From Bacilli bacterium (GTDB lineage Bacteria; Bacillota_I; Bacilli_A; RFN20; CAG-826): a DNA stretch of 64,000 bases. Both the position numbers and the translations under genes were made by a program. The stretch covers positions 2,961 to 66,960 of the forward strand of contig JAZRZI010000008.1 in NCBI GenBank assembly GCA_045601325.1, written 5' to 3'. Position 1 is the stretch's first letter, and the number at the start of each line of letters is the position of its first letter. Below the pieces are notes generated by a model. That model was given only the letters and a program-made list of their open reading frames with translations. It did not search any database and had not been told where the DNA came from. Below are positions 9,499-21,890 of the stretch, piece after piece.

Positions 9499-10266
9499 AT
9501 GAAAAAGAGAAGAATTTTATATTTATTGCCTCTAATATTAACTAGTTGTTCGAACAATAATGCATACTCTATAAAAATTATGCAAAATTATGAGGCAAGA
9601 GTGGAAAATGACGATTGCTTTGGAAGTACAGTGACAAGTAATCAACTCTGCACACTTTTGGAAACAAAACAAACATTCCCACTATTCATATATTCAAACT
9701 CTTGCTCTATATGTGCTACATTTAAAGATGTTCTTTTAAAATACATCGATGAATATGGAACGTTTTTCTATCGTTATGAATCAAATTCATTGAGTAATGA
9801 TCTATTATTAGAAAAATTCCCAGAGATATTTCAAGATAACTTATTTACACCTGCACTATTAACATTTGAGGATGGAAAATTAGTTTACGTATTTCAAAGC
9901 AGTAAAATGACTAGTTACAACAAATTTAGACCAGTCGCAAAATCACATTTAATTAAGACGAATATAACAACTTTATGTAATAAAGAAACATTCACTAAAT
10001 ACATTAACGATAATCAAGATTTCTTATTGTTTAGTTATGATTCAGCAAATAAATCAAATTTAGAAATGAATAAGTTTGTTTATGATATCGCAAAAAAATC
10101 CAATAAAAAAACATTGTTATTAGATATACAAACGATTGATTTTTATAATATATTCGAAGAAAGCATAATGACTTGCCAAATATATGAAGGCGGACAAATT
10201 AAAAGCGCCACAACTAGTGAGAACGGTGACGCTTTATTTAAGGATTTAATTAATTCTTTTTATTGA
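9499..10266 (+). CDS. Lipoprotein with a thioredoxin-like CxxC motif
   Basis: Signal peptide with the lipobox LILTSC. FIYSNSCSICATFK resembles a thioredoxin-fold CxxC. The ATG at 9499 is the likely start. Confidence 0.5.
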   Translation: MKKRRILYLLPLILTSCSNNNAYSIKIMQNYEARVENDDCFGSTVTSNQLCTLLETKQTFPLFIYSNSCSICATFKDVLLKYIDEYGTFFYRYESNSLSNDLLLEKFPEIFQDNLFTPALLTFEDGKLVYVFQSSKMTSYNKFRPVAKSHLIKTNITTLCNKETFTKYINDNQDFLLFSYDSANKSNLEMNKFVYDIAKKSNKKTLLLDIQTIDFYNIFEESIMTCQIYEGGQIKSATTSENGDALFKDLINSFY

Positions 10267-10669
10267 GCAAAATATTAAGCCTATTAACAGCTCTTAAATA
10301 AGCCTTGCGTGCCCTAGCTTCATCAATAGCAGCATCAGGGCTTTTATTTTCAATTCTATCCTTTGCTCTTTGAAGAGCGGCTTTTGCCCTCTCTTCATCA
10401 ATCTCATCTTCTCTTTCAATTGAATTAACTAAAACAACAACCTTATCCTTGCTGACTTTAATCACGCCACCACTAATTGCGTATGAAAATTCAAAATTAT
10501 CAAATTGAATTCGCATCATAGAGATAGCTAAAGTAGAAATTAAAGGGGAATGGCTGGGTAAAATGCCCAAATTAAAGTCTTCTGAACGCACATTAAGAAA
10601 ATATACGTTGCCTTCAAAATAACGGCCAGTTGGAGTTAATATTTCAAGAGGAAATGTAAGTGCTGCCAT
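10250..10669 (-). CDS. atpC: F1Fo ATP synthase epsilon subunit
   Basis: Size and sequence pattern of epsilon, and it is the last gene of the atp operon. Confidence 0.85.
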   Translation of the reverse strand: MAALTFPLEILTPTGRYFEGNVYFLNVRSEDFNLGILPSHSPLISTLAISMMRIQFDNFEFSYAISGGVIKVSKDKVVVLVNSIEREDEIDEERAKAALQRAKDRIENKSPDAAIDEARARKAYLRAVNRLNILLNKKN

Positions 10670-10671
10670 AA

Positions 10672-12078
<1,407 letters not shown>

Positions 12079-12087
12079 TTAATCCTC

Positions 12088-12933
12088 CTAGATTGCTTCC
12101 GCCGCAGCAGCAATTTCAATAATTTCTTGAGTAATCGCACCTTGGCGGGCTTTATTGAACTCGATTTTAAGTGCATCGAGAATTTCATTCGCGTTATTAG
12201 TTGCGTTATCCATCGCATTGCAACGACTTGCTTGTTCACAAACTTCAGATTCTAGTAACTTAGAATAGATAGTTGTTTTTAAATATATTGGAACTAACTC
12301 AGAAACAAGCTTTTCTTCACTTGGTTCTAAGATAGGTGGATAAGTAATTTGTTCTTTCTTTTCAGACTTAGAAATAGGAAGAACGACATAGTCTTTAGGA
12401 ATAAAGGCTATTGAGTTTTTATATGAAGAATAAATCATATGCACTGTTCTATAAGTACCTTTGACATATTCATTAATTACAAATTCAGTTAAGGATTTAA
12501 TTGTGTAATTATCTTCAATAGATGAATAGGAAGAAAATTCTTCCACCTTTCCAAATTCACCATTCGAGAAATGGATTAAACCTTTGCCACCTAATATGAT
12601 TGCATCATCTTCAGGTTTAATAGATGCATCCGCTAATTTGAAGATATTGTTGTTATAAGCACCGCATAATCCTAATGTGGAACTAACAACTATATACAGG
12701 TCTTTCTTTGAGGTTTTATTGGTTTGTGAAAAAGGAGTTTCAACTATAGAAGTGTAATTTAAAATCTCATCGGTGATTTCATCGATGTATGAAGAATATT
12801 CACGATTAGCGAGCATTTTATTTCTCCAGCGTTTAAGTTTAACTGTGGAAACAAGTTTCATCGCGCTTGTAACCTTTAACGCTCCGCTAACAGATTTGAT
12901 ACGAGATTTAATTTTAGTAACTTCTTGAGACAT
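12088..12933 (-). CDS. atpG: ATP synthase gamma subunit
   Basis: Operon position, and the conserved C-terminal ITxEIxEI motif. Confidence 0.9.
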   Translation of the reverse strand: MSQEVTKIKSRIKSVSGALKVTSAMKLVSTVKLKRWRNKMLANREYSSYIDEITDEILNYTSIVETPFSQTNKTSKKDLYIVVSSTLGLCGAYNNNIFKLADASIKPEDDAIILGGKGLIHFSNGEFGKVEEFSSYSSIEDNYTIKSLTEFVINEYVKGTYRTVHMIYSSYKNSIAFIPKDYVVLPISKSEKKEQITYPPILEPSEEKLVSELVPIYLKTTIYSKLLESEVCEQASRCNAMDNATNNANEILDALKIEFNKARQGAITQEIIEIAAAAEAI

Positions 12934-12943
12934 TACTTATACC

Positions 12944-14461
<1,518 letters not shown>

Positions 14462-14989
14462 CTATTTCAAAAGGTCACTCTTCATTGTTTCGAGTTGAGT
14501 TTTAATTGATCCATCATAAACGTGATTATTGATTGTCACTTTAATGCCACCGATAAGGGATGGATCAATACGGTTGTATAATTCAACCTTTGTTTGTTCT
14601 TTAAGAGAAATTTTCTCTTCGATTTCAGTAATCGTTTGTTCATCAAGAGGAATTGTAGAAAATACAATGCCTTCAATTACTCCACGATATTCATTACAGT
14701 AGGAATTAAAACTTAATAAGACCTCATCGAGAATATTTACTCTGCTGTTTTCAACTAAGATTTTAATTAACGAGAGCAAGACGGTTGAAAAACCATTTAA
14801 AGATTTATCCACCATATCGATGCGTTCTTCCTTTGTCAAAAAAGGAGAATTCAAAACCATAACGAAATCAGCATTCTCTATTAGAATACTTCTTAAGTTC
14901 TTAGCTTCTTCTTGCATAGAGTTTAAGTTGTTATTTTCTAAGCAAAGAGAATAAAGAGCTTGTCCGTAACGTGAAGCAATTTCATTCAT
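14462..14989 (-). CDS. atpH: ATP synthase delta subunit
   Basis: Operon position, ~175 aa OSCP-like. Confidence 0.8.
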   Translation of the reverse strand: MNEIASRYGQALYSLCLENNNLNSMQEEAKNLRSILIENADFVMVLNSPFLTKEERIDMVDKSLNGFSTVLLSLIKILVENSRVNILDEVLLSFNSYCNEYRGVIEGIVFSTIPLDEQTITEIEEKISLKEQTKVELYNRIDPSLIGGIKVTINNHVYDGSIKTQLETMKSDLLK

Positions 14990-14991
14990 AG

Positions 14992-15540
14992 TTATAGTCT
15001 TTCAATAAATTCCTTAGCCAAACGTTCATTATCTTCACTAGTAATTTCACGTTTTAAAATTTCGCTAGATGCACTTAAAGCGACATCCACCATTTCATCA
15101 TGAATGGATTCCAAAGCTTCTTGCTTAGATCTTTCAATGTCGTCTTCAGCGTTGGCTTTAATTCTAGCGGCTTCTAATTTTGCTTCTTCAATGATAGCTT
15201 CACCAGATACACTTGCAGCCTTGTTAGCTGCTTCGATGATGCTGGCAGCTTCCTTTTTAGAAGCAATAATTGCCTCTTGTGATTCAAGAGCATTTTTTTC
15301 AGCGATAGCTTTATTCTTTTGTGCATCATTAATATTTTGTTCAATAAAATCCGCTCTTTTCTTGAGCATTTTCTTTACTGGTTTATAGGCCAAAAATATA
15401 ACGACAATCAAAAGCACAGCAAATGCAGCGAGTTGCACCACAAAAGATAACCAACTAGGAATTAGGTTATTCTTGATGTTTTCGCCGATTGATTCGCCGA
15501 CTAAAATGACGTTTGTAGGATGAACCATTTTTACCTCCAA
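14992..15540 (-). CDS. atpF: ATP synthase Fo subunit b
   Basis: N-terminal TM helix followed by a long Ala/Glu/Lys-rich helix. Confidence 0.8.
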   Translation of the reverse strand: MEVKMVHPTNVILVGESIGENIKNNLIPSWLSFVVQLAAFAVLLIVVIFLAYKPVKKMLKKRADFIEQNINDAQKNKAIAEKNALESQEAIIASKKEAASIIEAANKAASVSGEAIIEEAKLEAARIKANAEDDIERSKQEALESIHDEMVDVALSASSEILKREITSEDNERLAKEFIERL

Positions 15541-15548
15541 TCCAGTAA

Positions 15549-15764
15549 TTAGTTACTAAAGATGCACAAAATAGAAATTAATAATGAATAAATAGCAGTT
15601 GTCTCAACTAAAGCACAAGCCAAAATCATTGTTGTACGAAGTTTGCTATAGGCTTCTGGATTACGAGAAATACCTTCAATAGCTTTAGAACAGACTAAGC
15701 CTTCACCAAGAGCACTAGGCATAACACCTAAGATTGCGATTGCAGCGGCCATTAAATTGCTCAT
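15549..15764 (-). CDS. atpE: ATP synthase Fo subunit c
   Basis: 71-aa two-helix proteolipid with a conserved carboxylate (…ALVETTAIY…). Confidence 0.85.
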   Translation of the reverse strand: MSNLMAAAIAILGVMPSALGEGLVCSKAIEGISRNPEAYSKLRTTMILACALVETTAIYSLLISILCIFSN

Positions 15765-15782
15765 AGACGTCCTCCTTTCCTC

Positions 15783-16541
15783 TTATTCTTCCTCTGGAAT
15801 CTCTTGTCCAACAAATATAGCTGTTAATGAAATAAACACTGTTGTTTGGATAAGAGCAGAGAATAAATCGAAATATGCGTGTAACACAGGTGTAATGAAA
15901 GGCGCAATGAAGTTACCAACATGCACTGATTCAGTTGCTAATGTACACACTTGATTTCCAATAGAACCCACAGCTTCGTAAATTAAGGACATTAATACAT
16001 ATCCTGCAGTTGCGTTACCGAATAAACGCAAAGTCAAAGAAATAAGTGGAGCCCACATAGAAATTAAGTTAATAGGTAATAAAACTGGGAATGGATCAAT
16101 ATAACGTTTGAAATATCCCCACTTAGTGAATTTCGCGGACACTAAATGGATGGATAAAAAAGCAGTTAATCCAAGAGATAAAGGTACCGCTAAAGAAGTA
16201 ACGGGGGATGGTAAACCAGTTAAACCCCATATAAACGAAATAAATAAATAAACCGCGCAAGTCATGATGACTCCACCAAAACCTGGCAAACGTTTTCCAA
16301 GCAAATCTTCTGTGAATCTATCAAAGAAAGTAACACCAATTTCAGCAATGAGCAATAAACCACGTGGCTTCTTTAGTGGATCATGATTATTAGCAAGAAT
16401 ACCAACGATTAACGCCAAAATAGCAACAATAGCCATAACAATAAGAGACGACATAACTTCGCCTGATAAGTTGGTCTTTAAAAAGTTATCAAATAAAGAA
16501 CCTGATGTTTCTGGTGTATCATTAAGCATTGTTACTGACAT
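15783..16541 (-). CDS. atpB: ATP synthase Fo subunit a
   Basis: Polytopic membrane protein with the conserved R in LRLFGNATAG. Confidence 0.85.
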   Translation of the reverse strand: MSVTMLNDTPETSGSLFDNFLKTNLSGEVMSSLIVMAIVAILALIVGILANNHDPLKKPRGLLLIAEIGVTFFDRFTEDLLGKRLPGFGGVIMTCAVYLFISFIWGLTGLPSPVTSLAVPLSLGLTAFLSIHLVSAKFTKWGYFKRYIDPFPVLLPINLISMWAPLISLTLRLFGNATAGYVLMSLIYEAVGSIGNQVCTLATESVHVGNFIAPFITPVLHAYFDLFSALIQTTVFISLTAIFVGQEIPEEE

Positions 16542-16929
16542 TCTTGCTCTCTTTTCTAACTAAAATTATTAATACGACTAGTGAAATTAAATATCCACCA
16601 ACAACTGCAAAAGGATTAAAGATATGATATTCAAGTTTGAAATACATATAAGCGCTTAAAACAAGCACAGTTGCTAATAAGATAAATCTCATTATGCTGA
16701 CAATAATTGCGCCTACTGATCTTTTATTTCTCGCGTCTTTTCCTTCTACTAAACCAAGAATTAGATATGAAAGGATACCAACTAATCCCCCTAATGCAAT
16801 TCCATTAGGAACATCATGATAACCAATAAAATACAAAAATAAAGTAATAAGCATTACCGCTACTAAACTAATAGCGGAAATAAATGCTGTTTTATAATAA
16901 ATTTGCAAATTTTTAATCCAGTTCTTCAT
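16522..16929 (-). CDS. atpI: AtpI-like small membrane protein (ATP synthase protein I)
   Basis: Small polytopic membrane protein immediately upstream of atpB. Confidence 0.5.
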   Translation of the reverse strand: MKNWIKNLQIYYKTAFISAISLVAVMLITLFLYFIGYHDVPNGIALGGLVGILSYLILGLVEGKDARNKRSVGAIIVSIMRFILLATVLVLSAYMYFKLEYHIFNPFAVVGGYLISLVVLIILVRKESKNVSNNA

Positions 16930-16947
16930 AATACCCTTTTTAATAAA

Positions 16948-17475
16948 TTAAATAACATCAATATGGATATGATTCAAAATCTTGAAAGACATTTCTTGGG
17001 TTTCTAAATCATATGATGATGTTGCGTTTCTAACAACCTTGATAGGCGTATTTTCTTTTGCAGCGGTCTTACAAACCACTGCATTAGCAAATACACAAAT
17101 GCTGCTGACTAAGCCACATAAGAATATTTCACTGATTTCATCTTTATGGTTTTCAACGTATTTTCCAAGGTCAAGGGATCCAAAAGTTTTCTTTTCGAAA
17201 ACAAGAGAATCACCAACAAGAGGTTGCAACCCATCAGTAAGTTTCCAACCTTCGCTATCTTTGATACAATGCAAAACAGGCAATTTATTTCCTTCAATTG
17301 TATCCATATAATTTTCATGATGTGTGTCCATAGTAAATACTACTTCATCACCATTAGCGCGGAAGTCTTTTATTAAATCAATAATGTTATTTTCAATGAG
17401 TTCTGCCCCATTAAAACCTAAGCTTCCATCAACGAAATCCTTTTGATAATCTACAACCACGAGCAATCTTTTCAT
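16948..17475 (-). CDS. Isochorismatase-family cysteine hydrolase (nicotinamidase PncA-like)
   Basis: VVDYQKDF, a catalytic Cys in CGLVSSICV and a conserved Lys. Confidence 0.6.
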   Translation of the reverse strand: MKRLLVVVDYQKDFVDGSLGFNGAELIENNIIDLIKDFRANGDEVVFTMDTHHENYMDTIEGNKLPVLHCIKDSEGWKLTDGLQPLVGDSLVFEKKTFGSLDLGKYVENHKDEISEIFLCGLVSSICVFANAVVCKTAAKENTPIKVVRNATSSYDLETQEMSFKILNHIHIDVI

Positions 17476-17614
17476 AGTTAAGACCTCCATAATTCATACA
17501 GAATTATAGCAATAATATTTTTTCTTGTCTTGCAAATTAATAAAAATATTTGCATAATGTAAGGCTAACTTATAAAATCGTAAGTGCAAGCAAACATAAA
17601 GGAGATAAAAAAAT

Positions 17615-19255
17615 ATGTCATTCAATGTAACTTTTAATAACGTCACAAAAACATTTGAAAACCCTATCACTGTCCTTGATATCGTTGGGCAAGATAGAAA
17701 TTTTATCTGTGCTTCAGTTAATGGAAGAATCCGCGAATTAACATATACATTGGATAAAGATTCCACAGTTGAGGTTTTAACTGCGAAAGATAGAAATGCA
17801 AGACACGCATATGAAGCTTCCTTAAGATTCTTAGTCGCAATGGCTATGCATAACATTCACCCTGAGATAGATATTAGATTCTCTTACAATGTTTCGCGTT
17901 CTATTTTCTTACAAGTTTTAAATCCAAGAATTATTTGTACAGGTCAAATGGTCAAAGAACTCGAAACAGAAATGAAACGCTTAGTGGAATTAGATTTACC
18001 AATGGTAAGAACAATTGCTTCTAAGGAAGAAACTGCAAGAATTTTCACTAGAGATGGATATCCAGATAAAGTTGATATCCTAAAATATCGTCCAGAAAAA
18101 ACATCCCATATTTATGTGTGTGATGGCTATAGAAACTATATGTACAATCGTATGGTGCCATCAACGGGTTACTTACAAAAATGGTCAATTCGTTTCTATC
18201 ATCCAGGAATTATCATTCAATACCCTAGAAGCGAAACTTCTGGTGATATTCCAAGATTTGAAGACGCACCAACATTTGGTAAAACTCTAAAGAGGGCACA
18301 TCAATGGGCAACCGCAACTGGTGCAAACACTATCGTCGGAATCAACAAATTAATTGAAGATTCAGGTCCAGTTGATTTCATTACTCTTTGTGAGCAAAAC
18401 CACAATAGACAACTTTGTGAATTGGGTGAAATGATCGAAGCGGATAAAGAAAACATTAGATTGATTTGTATCGCAGGTCCATCAAGCTCTGGAAAAACTA
18501 CTTTTGCAAACAGATTAAGAATTGAACTTTTATCTAGAGGTATTAAGCCTATTAGAATTTCACTTGATGATTACTATTTAGATAAAGATAAGATTCCTCT
18601 AGATGAAAAAGGTGAAAGAGATCTTGAATCAGTTCAAGCGCTTGATATCGCTTTATTCAATCAAAATATGGCAGACCTTATTTCAGGTGTTGAAGTGCAA
18701 CTCCCAAGATATGATTTCAAATTAGGTCATAGGGTGCCAGGAAGATTGATGCAAATTAGCGATGACCAACCAATTATTGTGGAGGGCATTCACGCTTTAA
18801 ATGAAATCGTTTCTTCATCAGTCCCTAACCACCAGAAATATAAAATCTTCATTGCTCCTCAAGCCCAAGTCAATATCGACGAGCACAATCCACTATCATT
18901 AACAGATTTAAGGTTGTTAAGAAGAATTGTTAGGGATTATCAATTTAGAGGCAGTGATGCGCTTGAGACATTGAGCATGTGGGAAAGCGTAAGAAAAGGT
19001 GAATTCAAATGGATTTATTTCACACAAGAAGGCGCAGATTATGTTTATAACTCATTCCTATCATACGAACTAGCGGTTATGAAAAAATACGCAATGCCAC
19101 TACTTGAAAAGATCGAACACGATAATCCATATTACCCAATGGCAGAACGTTTGATAAGAATGTTAAAATTCTTCATCGATATGCCAGATGAATGGGTGCC
19201 ATGTAACTCAATCTTAAGAGAATTTATCGGAAAGAGTTGTTACGCTGATGTATAA
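17615..19255 (+). CDS. TGS-like N-domain fused to a uridine kinase/phosphoribulokinase-family P-loop nucleoside kinase
   Basis: P-loop IAGPSSSGKTT, with a Udk-like downstream region. N-terminal ~230 aa ThrRS N-terminal-like region (TGS-type domain). Confidence 0.65.
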   Translation: MSFNVTFNNVTKTFENPITVLDIVGQDRNFICASVNGRIRELTYTLDKDSTVEVLTAKDRNARHAYEASLRFLVAMAMHNIHPEIDIRFSYNVSRSIFLQVLNPRIICTGQMVKELETEMKRLVELDLPMVRTIASKEETARIFTRDGYPDKVDILKYRPEKTSHIYVCDGYRNYMYNRMVPSTGYLQKWSIRFYHPGIIIQYPRSETSGDIPRFEDAPTFGKTLKRAHQWATATGANTIVGINKLIEDSGPVDFITLCEQNHNRQLCELGEMIEADKENIRLICIAGPSSSGKTTFANRLRIELLSRGIKPIRISLDDYYLDKDKIPLDEKGERDLESVQALDIALFNQNMADLISGVEVQLPRYDFKLGHRVPGRLMQISDDQPIIVEGIHALNEIVSSSVPNHQKYKIFIAPQAQVNIDEHNPLSLTDLRLLRRIVRDYQFRGSDALETLSMWESVRKGEFKWIYFTQEGADYVYNSFLSYELAVMKKYAMPLLEKIEHDNPYYPMAERLIRMLKFFIDMPDEWVPCNSILREFIGKSCYADV

Positions 19256-19284
19256 AAAAAGAGGGATTTAATCCCTCTTTTTAC
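19256..19284. terminator. Bidirectional rho-independent terminator
   Basis: aaaaaGAGGGAtttaaTCCCTCttttt. Confidence 0.65.
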
Positions 19285-20398
19285 TTGCTTGCCAAGCTTT
19301 AAATGAATTGGCCTCACGCTCGTGAATGTTCACTAGTTGAGAGTAATAAATTTTTCTCATGTCTAAGTATTTAGCCATTTGATTTTCTGTCACCCTCTTA
19401 GAGAACAATGATGTAAAAACATACTCTAATCTAAAGAATGATTCATATAAACTGAGAAGAGTAACGTAATAGAAATATTGCTTATTTGAATAAATCAACA
19501 TAGGTGTGCTATGGATGATTTCTGAACTCATTTCATATCTATTTGAATATTTAGATAAACCCGCTAATTTTTGAAGGCCATCTCTAAAGTTAAGTTTAAA
19601 TGATTCATCATCCTTAACCCCTTCAATGCCATATAGCCAACCGTATTCAATGTACTTCTTAATATCCTTGCTCTTAAGATTATATTGTTTCATTTCTTCT
19701 TTCATAGAATTAAAAATTTCAGTTTGCTTTTCTTTATCCTTCATTATATCTTTAAACACAATGCCATAAGACATGTGCTTATTGTATAAATCAATGATAG
19801 GATCGCCATACTTTTCTAGTATCACTAAAGTACATTCACATTCATGCAAAGTACGCCAGGAAGAGAAAGCTTCGGTTTCAAAACCGTCCACTAATAAATC
19901 AAGTGTGCATCTAGCGATGCTAAGTGACTTAGTTAGTAAGTCTGAAATCAAAGTGGTCTTAGGGTCATTCTTATCAAATTGTTGAAGAATGTTAAGCATA
20001 AAATTTATGTATGTTGATAAAGAAGAAATTGGCGGAATAAACTTATTTGCAAAGCTTTTTTGAGGATGATGAAAAGCTGATAAAGATAAATATTTATCTG
20101 CAACCACAGAAGCCATAGAAGTTTTAATGTTATCGTTCTTTTTGAAAAGTTCTAAATCTTCGCTAGTTCTATGAACAACACTATATAAATATTCGCCCAC
20201 AACATATTGTATTAATTCAAATGAATTAATAGTATCAAGATTTATCAAATTATTAACAGAGTTTAATTCTTCAATTCCTTCATATGCAATTGAATAAATT
20301 TCATAAGTATAATCAGGATCAACAATTGAAGGTATGTTTAAAAATGAAAGAACTTGCTTATATTGATCTATACTAAATAATGCGCTTCGTTTTTCCAT
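19268..20398 (-). CDS. Hypothetical protein (376 aa), no recognisable motif
   Basis: Long ORF with coding-like composition. It is the last gene of the minus-strand glpK-pepP-mrp-yigZ operon (14 nt after the glpK stop). Confidence 0.35.
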   Translation of the reverse strand: MEKRSALFSIDQYKQVLSFLNIPSIVDPDYTYEIYSIAYEGIEELNSVNNLINLDTINSFELIQYVVGEYLYSVVHRTSEDLELFKKNDNIKTSMASVVADKYLSLSAFHHPQKSFANKFIPPISSLSTYINFMLNILQQFDKNDPKTTLISDLLTKSLSIARCTLDLLVDGFETEAFSSWRTLHECECTLVILEKYGDPIIDLYNKHMSYGIVFKDIMKDKEKQTEIFNSMKEEMKQYNLKSKDIKKYIEYGWLYGIEGVKDDESFKLNFRDGLQKLAGLSKYSNRYEMSSEIIHSTPMLIYSNKQYFYYVTLLSLYESFFRLEYVFTSLFSKRVTENQMAKYLDMRKIYYSQLVNIHEREANSFKAWQASKKRD

Positions 20399-20412
20399 AA
20401 TCTCCTTCCTTT

Positions 20413-21888
20413 CTACTTAAACATTCTTGTGGCTTTAACAGCGGTTTTCCAACCTTTATAACGGGAAGATACTTCGGCTTTTGTCATAGTTGGTATAAAC
20501 ACTTTTGCTGCTTTATGAATTTCTTTAATTTCATCTAAGCAAGTATAAAAACCAGAATTCAGTCCTGCTAAATAAGCCACGCCTAAAGCTGTAGTTTCTA
20601 AGCACATAGGAAGTTTGATATTGCATGTTAATATATCGCTTTGGAATTGCATAAGATAATTGTTAGCGACTGCGCCACCATCAACCCATAAATCCTTAAG
20701 GCAACATTTAACCTCTTTTTTCATAACTTCGAAAACATCTTTGCATTGATATGCGATGCCTTGAAGAGCAGCGGAAACAAACTGTGCTTTGTTAGTTCCA
20801 CGTGATAGTCCAAAGACTGCACCTTTAGCATTATCGTCCCAATACGGAGTGCCGAGTCCTACAAATGCAGGAACAACATAAACACCATTATTATCTTTTG
20901 CATCATATGCTAATTTTTCGCTTTCTGAGGCGCTAGAAAACAAGTTCATTTGGTCGCGCATCCATTGAACGGTCGCACCACCCATAAAAACAGAACCTTC
21001 AAGAGCGTAACAAACTTCATCCTTTATCTTCCAAGCAACAGTAGTTAATAACCCTTTTTTAGAAAATGTTGGAACTTTTCCAGTGTTTATCAGCATGAAG
21101 CAACCTGTACCGTATGTATTTTTGCTATCGCCAATTTCAAAACATGTTTGGCCGAATAATGCAGCTTGTTGATCACCCGCCACACCACATATGCAAACAT
21201 CGGTTTTGAAAAATGATGCAGGTCCATAATTAAAACTACTCGCATAAACATTAGGCAATATCTTTTTAGGGATATTAAATAATTTGCATAACTCATCATC
21301 CCAAGACATATCATTAATGTTAAAAAGTAAAGTTCGTGAGGCGTTAGAGACATCGGTAGCATATGTGCCTCCATTAGTTAGTTTATAAACTAACCAGCAA
21401 TCAATTGTACCAACCATCAACTCGCCCTTTTCCGCTCTTTCTTGACCATTAGGAATACTATCTAAAATAAATCTAATTTTGCTCGCTGAAAAATATGGAT
21501 TGATTAATAGTCCAGTTTTTTGGTGAATGAATTCTTTTTTTTCGAACAACTTATCACATATATCAGCGGTTTGTCTTGATTGCCATACAATGGCATTGCT
21601 CACAGGCAATCCTGTAGACTTATCCCAAATTACAGCGGTTTCTCTTTGGTTGGTGATTCCAATCGAATCAATGTTATCAAACGTGATATTAGCTTTTACT
21701 AAAACTTCACTAATAACATTAATTACACTAACCCAAATCGATAATGCATCCACTTCCACCCACCCAGGATGAGGGAATAAACATTCAACCTCCTCTTGAG
21801 CGCTATAGCAGGCTTTACCATTATGATCAAAAAGGATAGCTCTAGATGAAGTTGTTCCTTGATCAATTGAAAGAATGAATTTTTTCAT
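20413..21888 (-). CDS. glpK: Glycerol kinase
   Basis: FGGY signatures (IDQGTTSSRAILFD and GG), 491 aa. Confidence 0.9.
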   Translation of the reverse strand: MKKFILSIDQGTTSSRAILFDHNGKACYSAQEEVECLFPHPGWVEVDALSIWVSVINVISEVLVKANITFDNIDSIGITNQRETAVIWDKSTGLPVSNAIVWQSRQTADICDKLFEKKEFIHQKTGLLINPYFSASKIRFILDSIPNGQERAEKGELMVGTIDCWLVYKLTNGGTYATDVSNASRTLLFNINDMSWDDELCKLFNIPKKILPNVYASSFNYGPASFFKTDVCICGVAGDQQAALFGQTCFEIGDSKNTYGTGCFMLINTGKVPTFSKKGLLTTVAWKIKDEVCYALEGSVFMGGATVQWMRDQMNLFSSASESEKLAYDAKDNNGVYVVPAFVGLGTPYWDDNAKGAVFGLSRGTNKAQFVSAALQGIAYQCKDVFEVMKKEVKCCLKDLWVDGGAVANNYLMQFQSDILTCNIKLPMCLETTALGVAYLAGLNSGFYTCLDEIKEIHKAAKVFIPTMTKAEVSSRYKGWKTAVKATRMFK

Positions 21889-21890
21889 TA

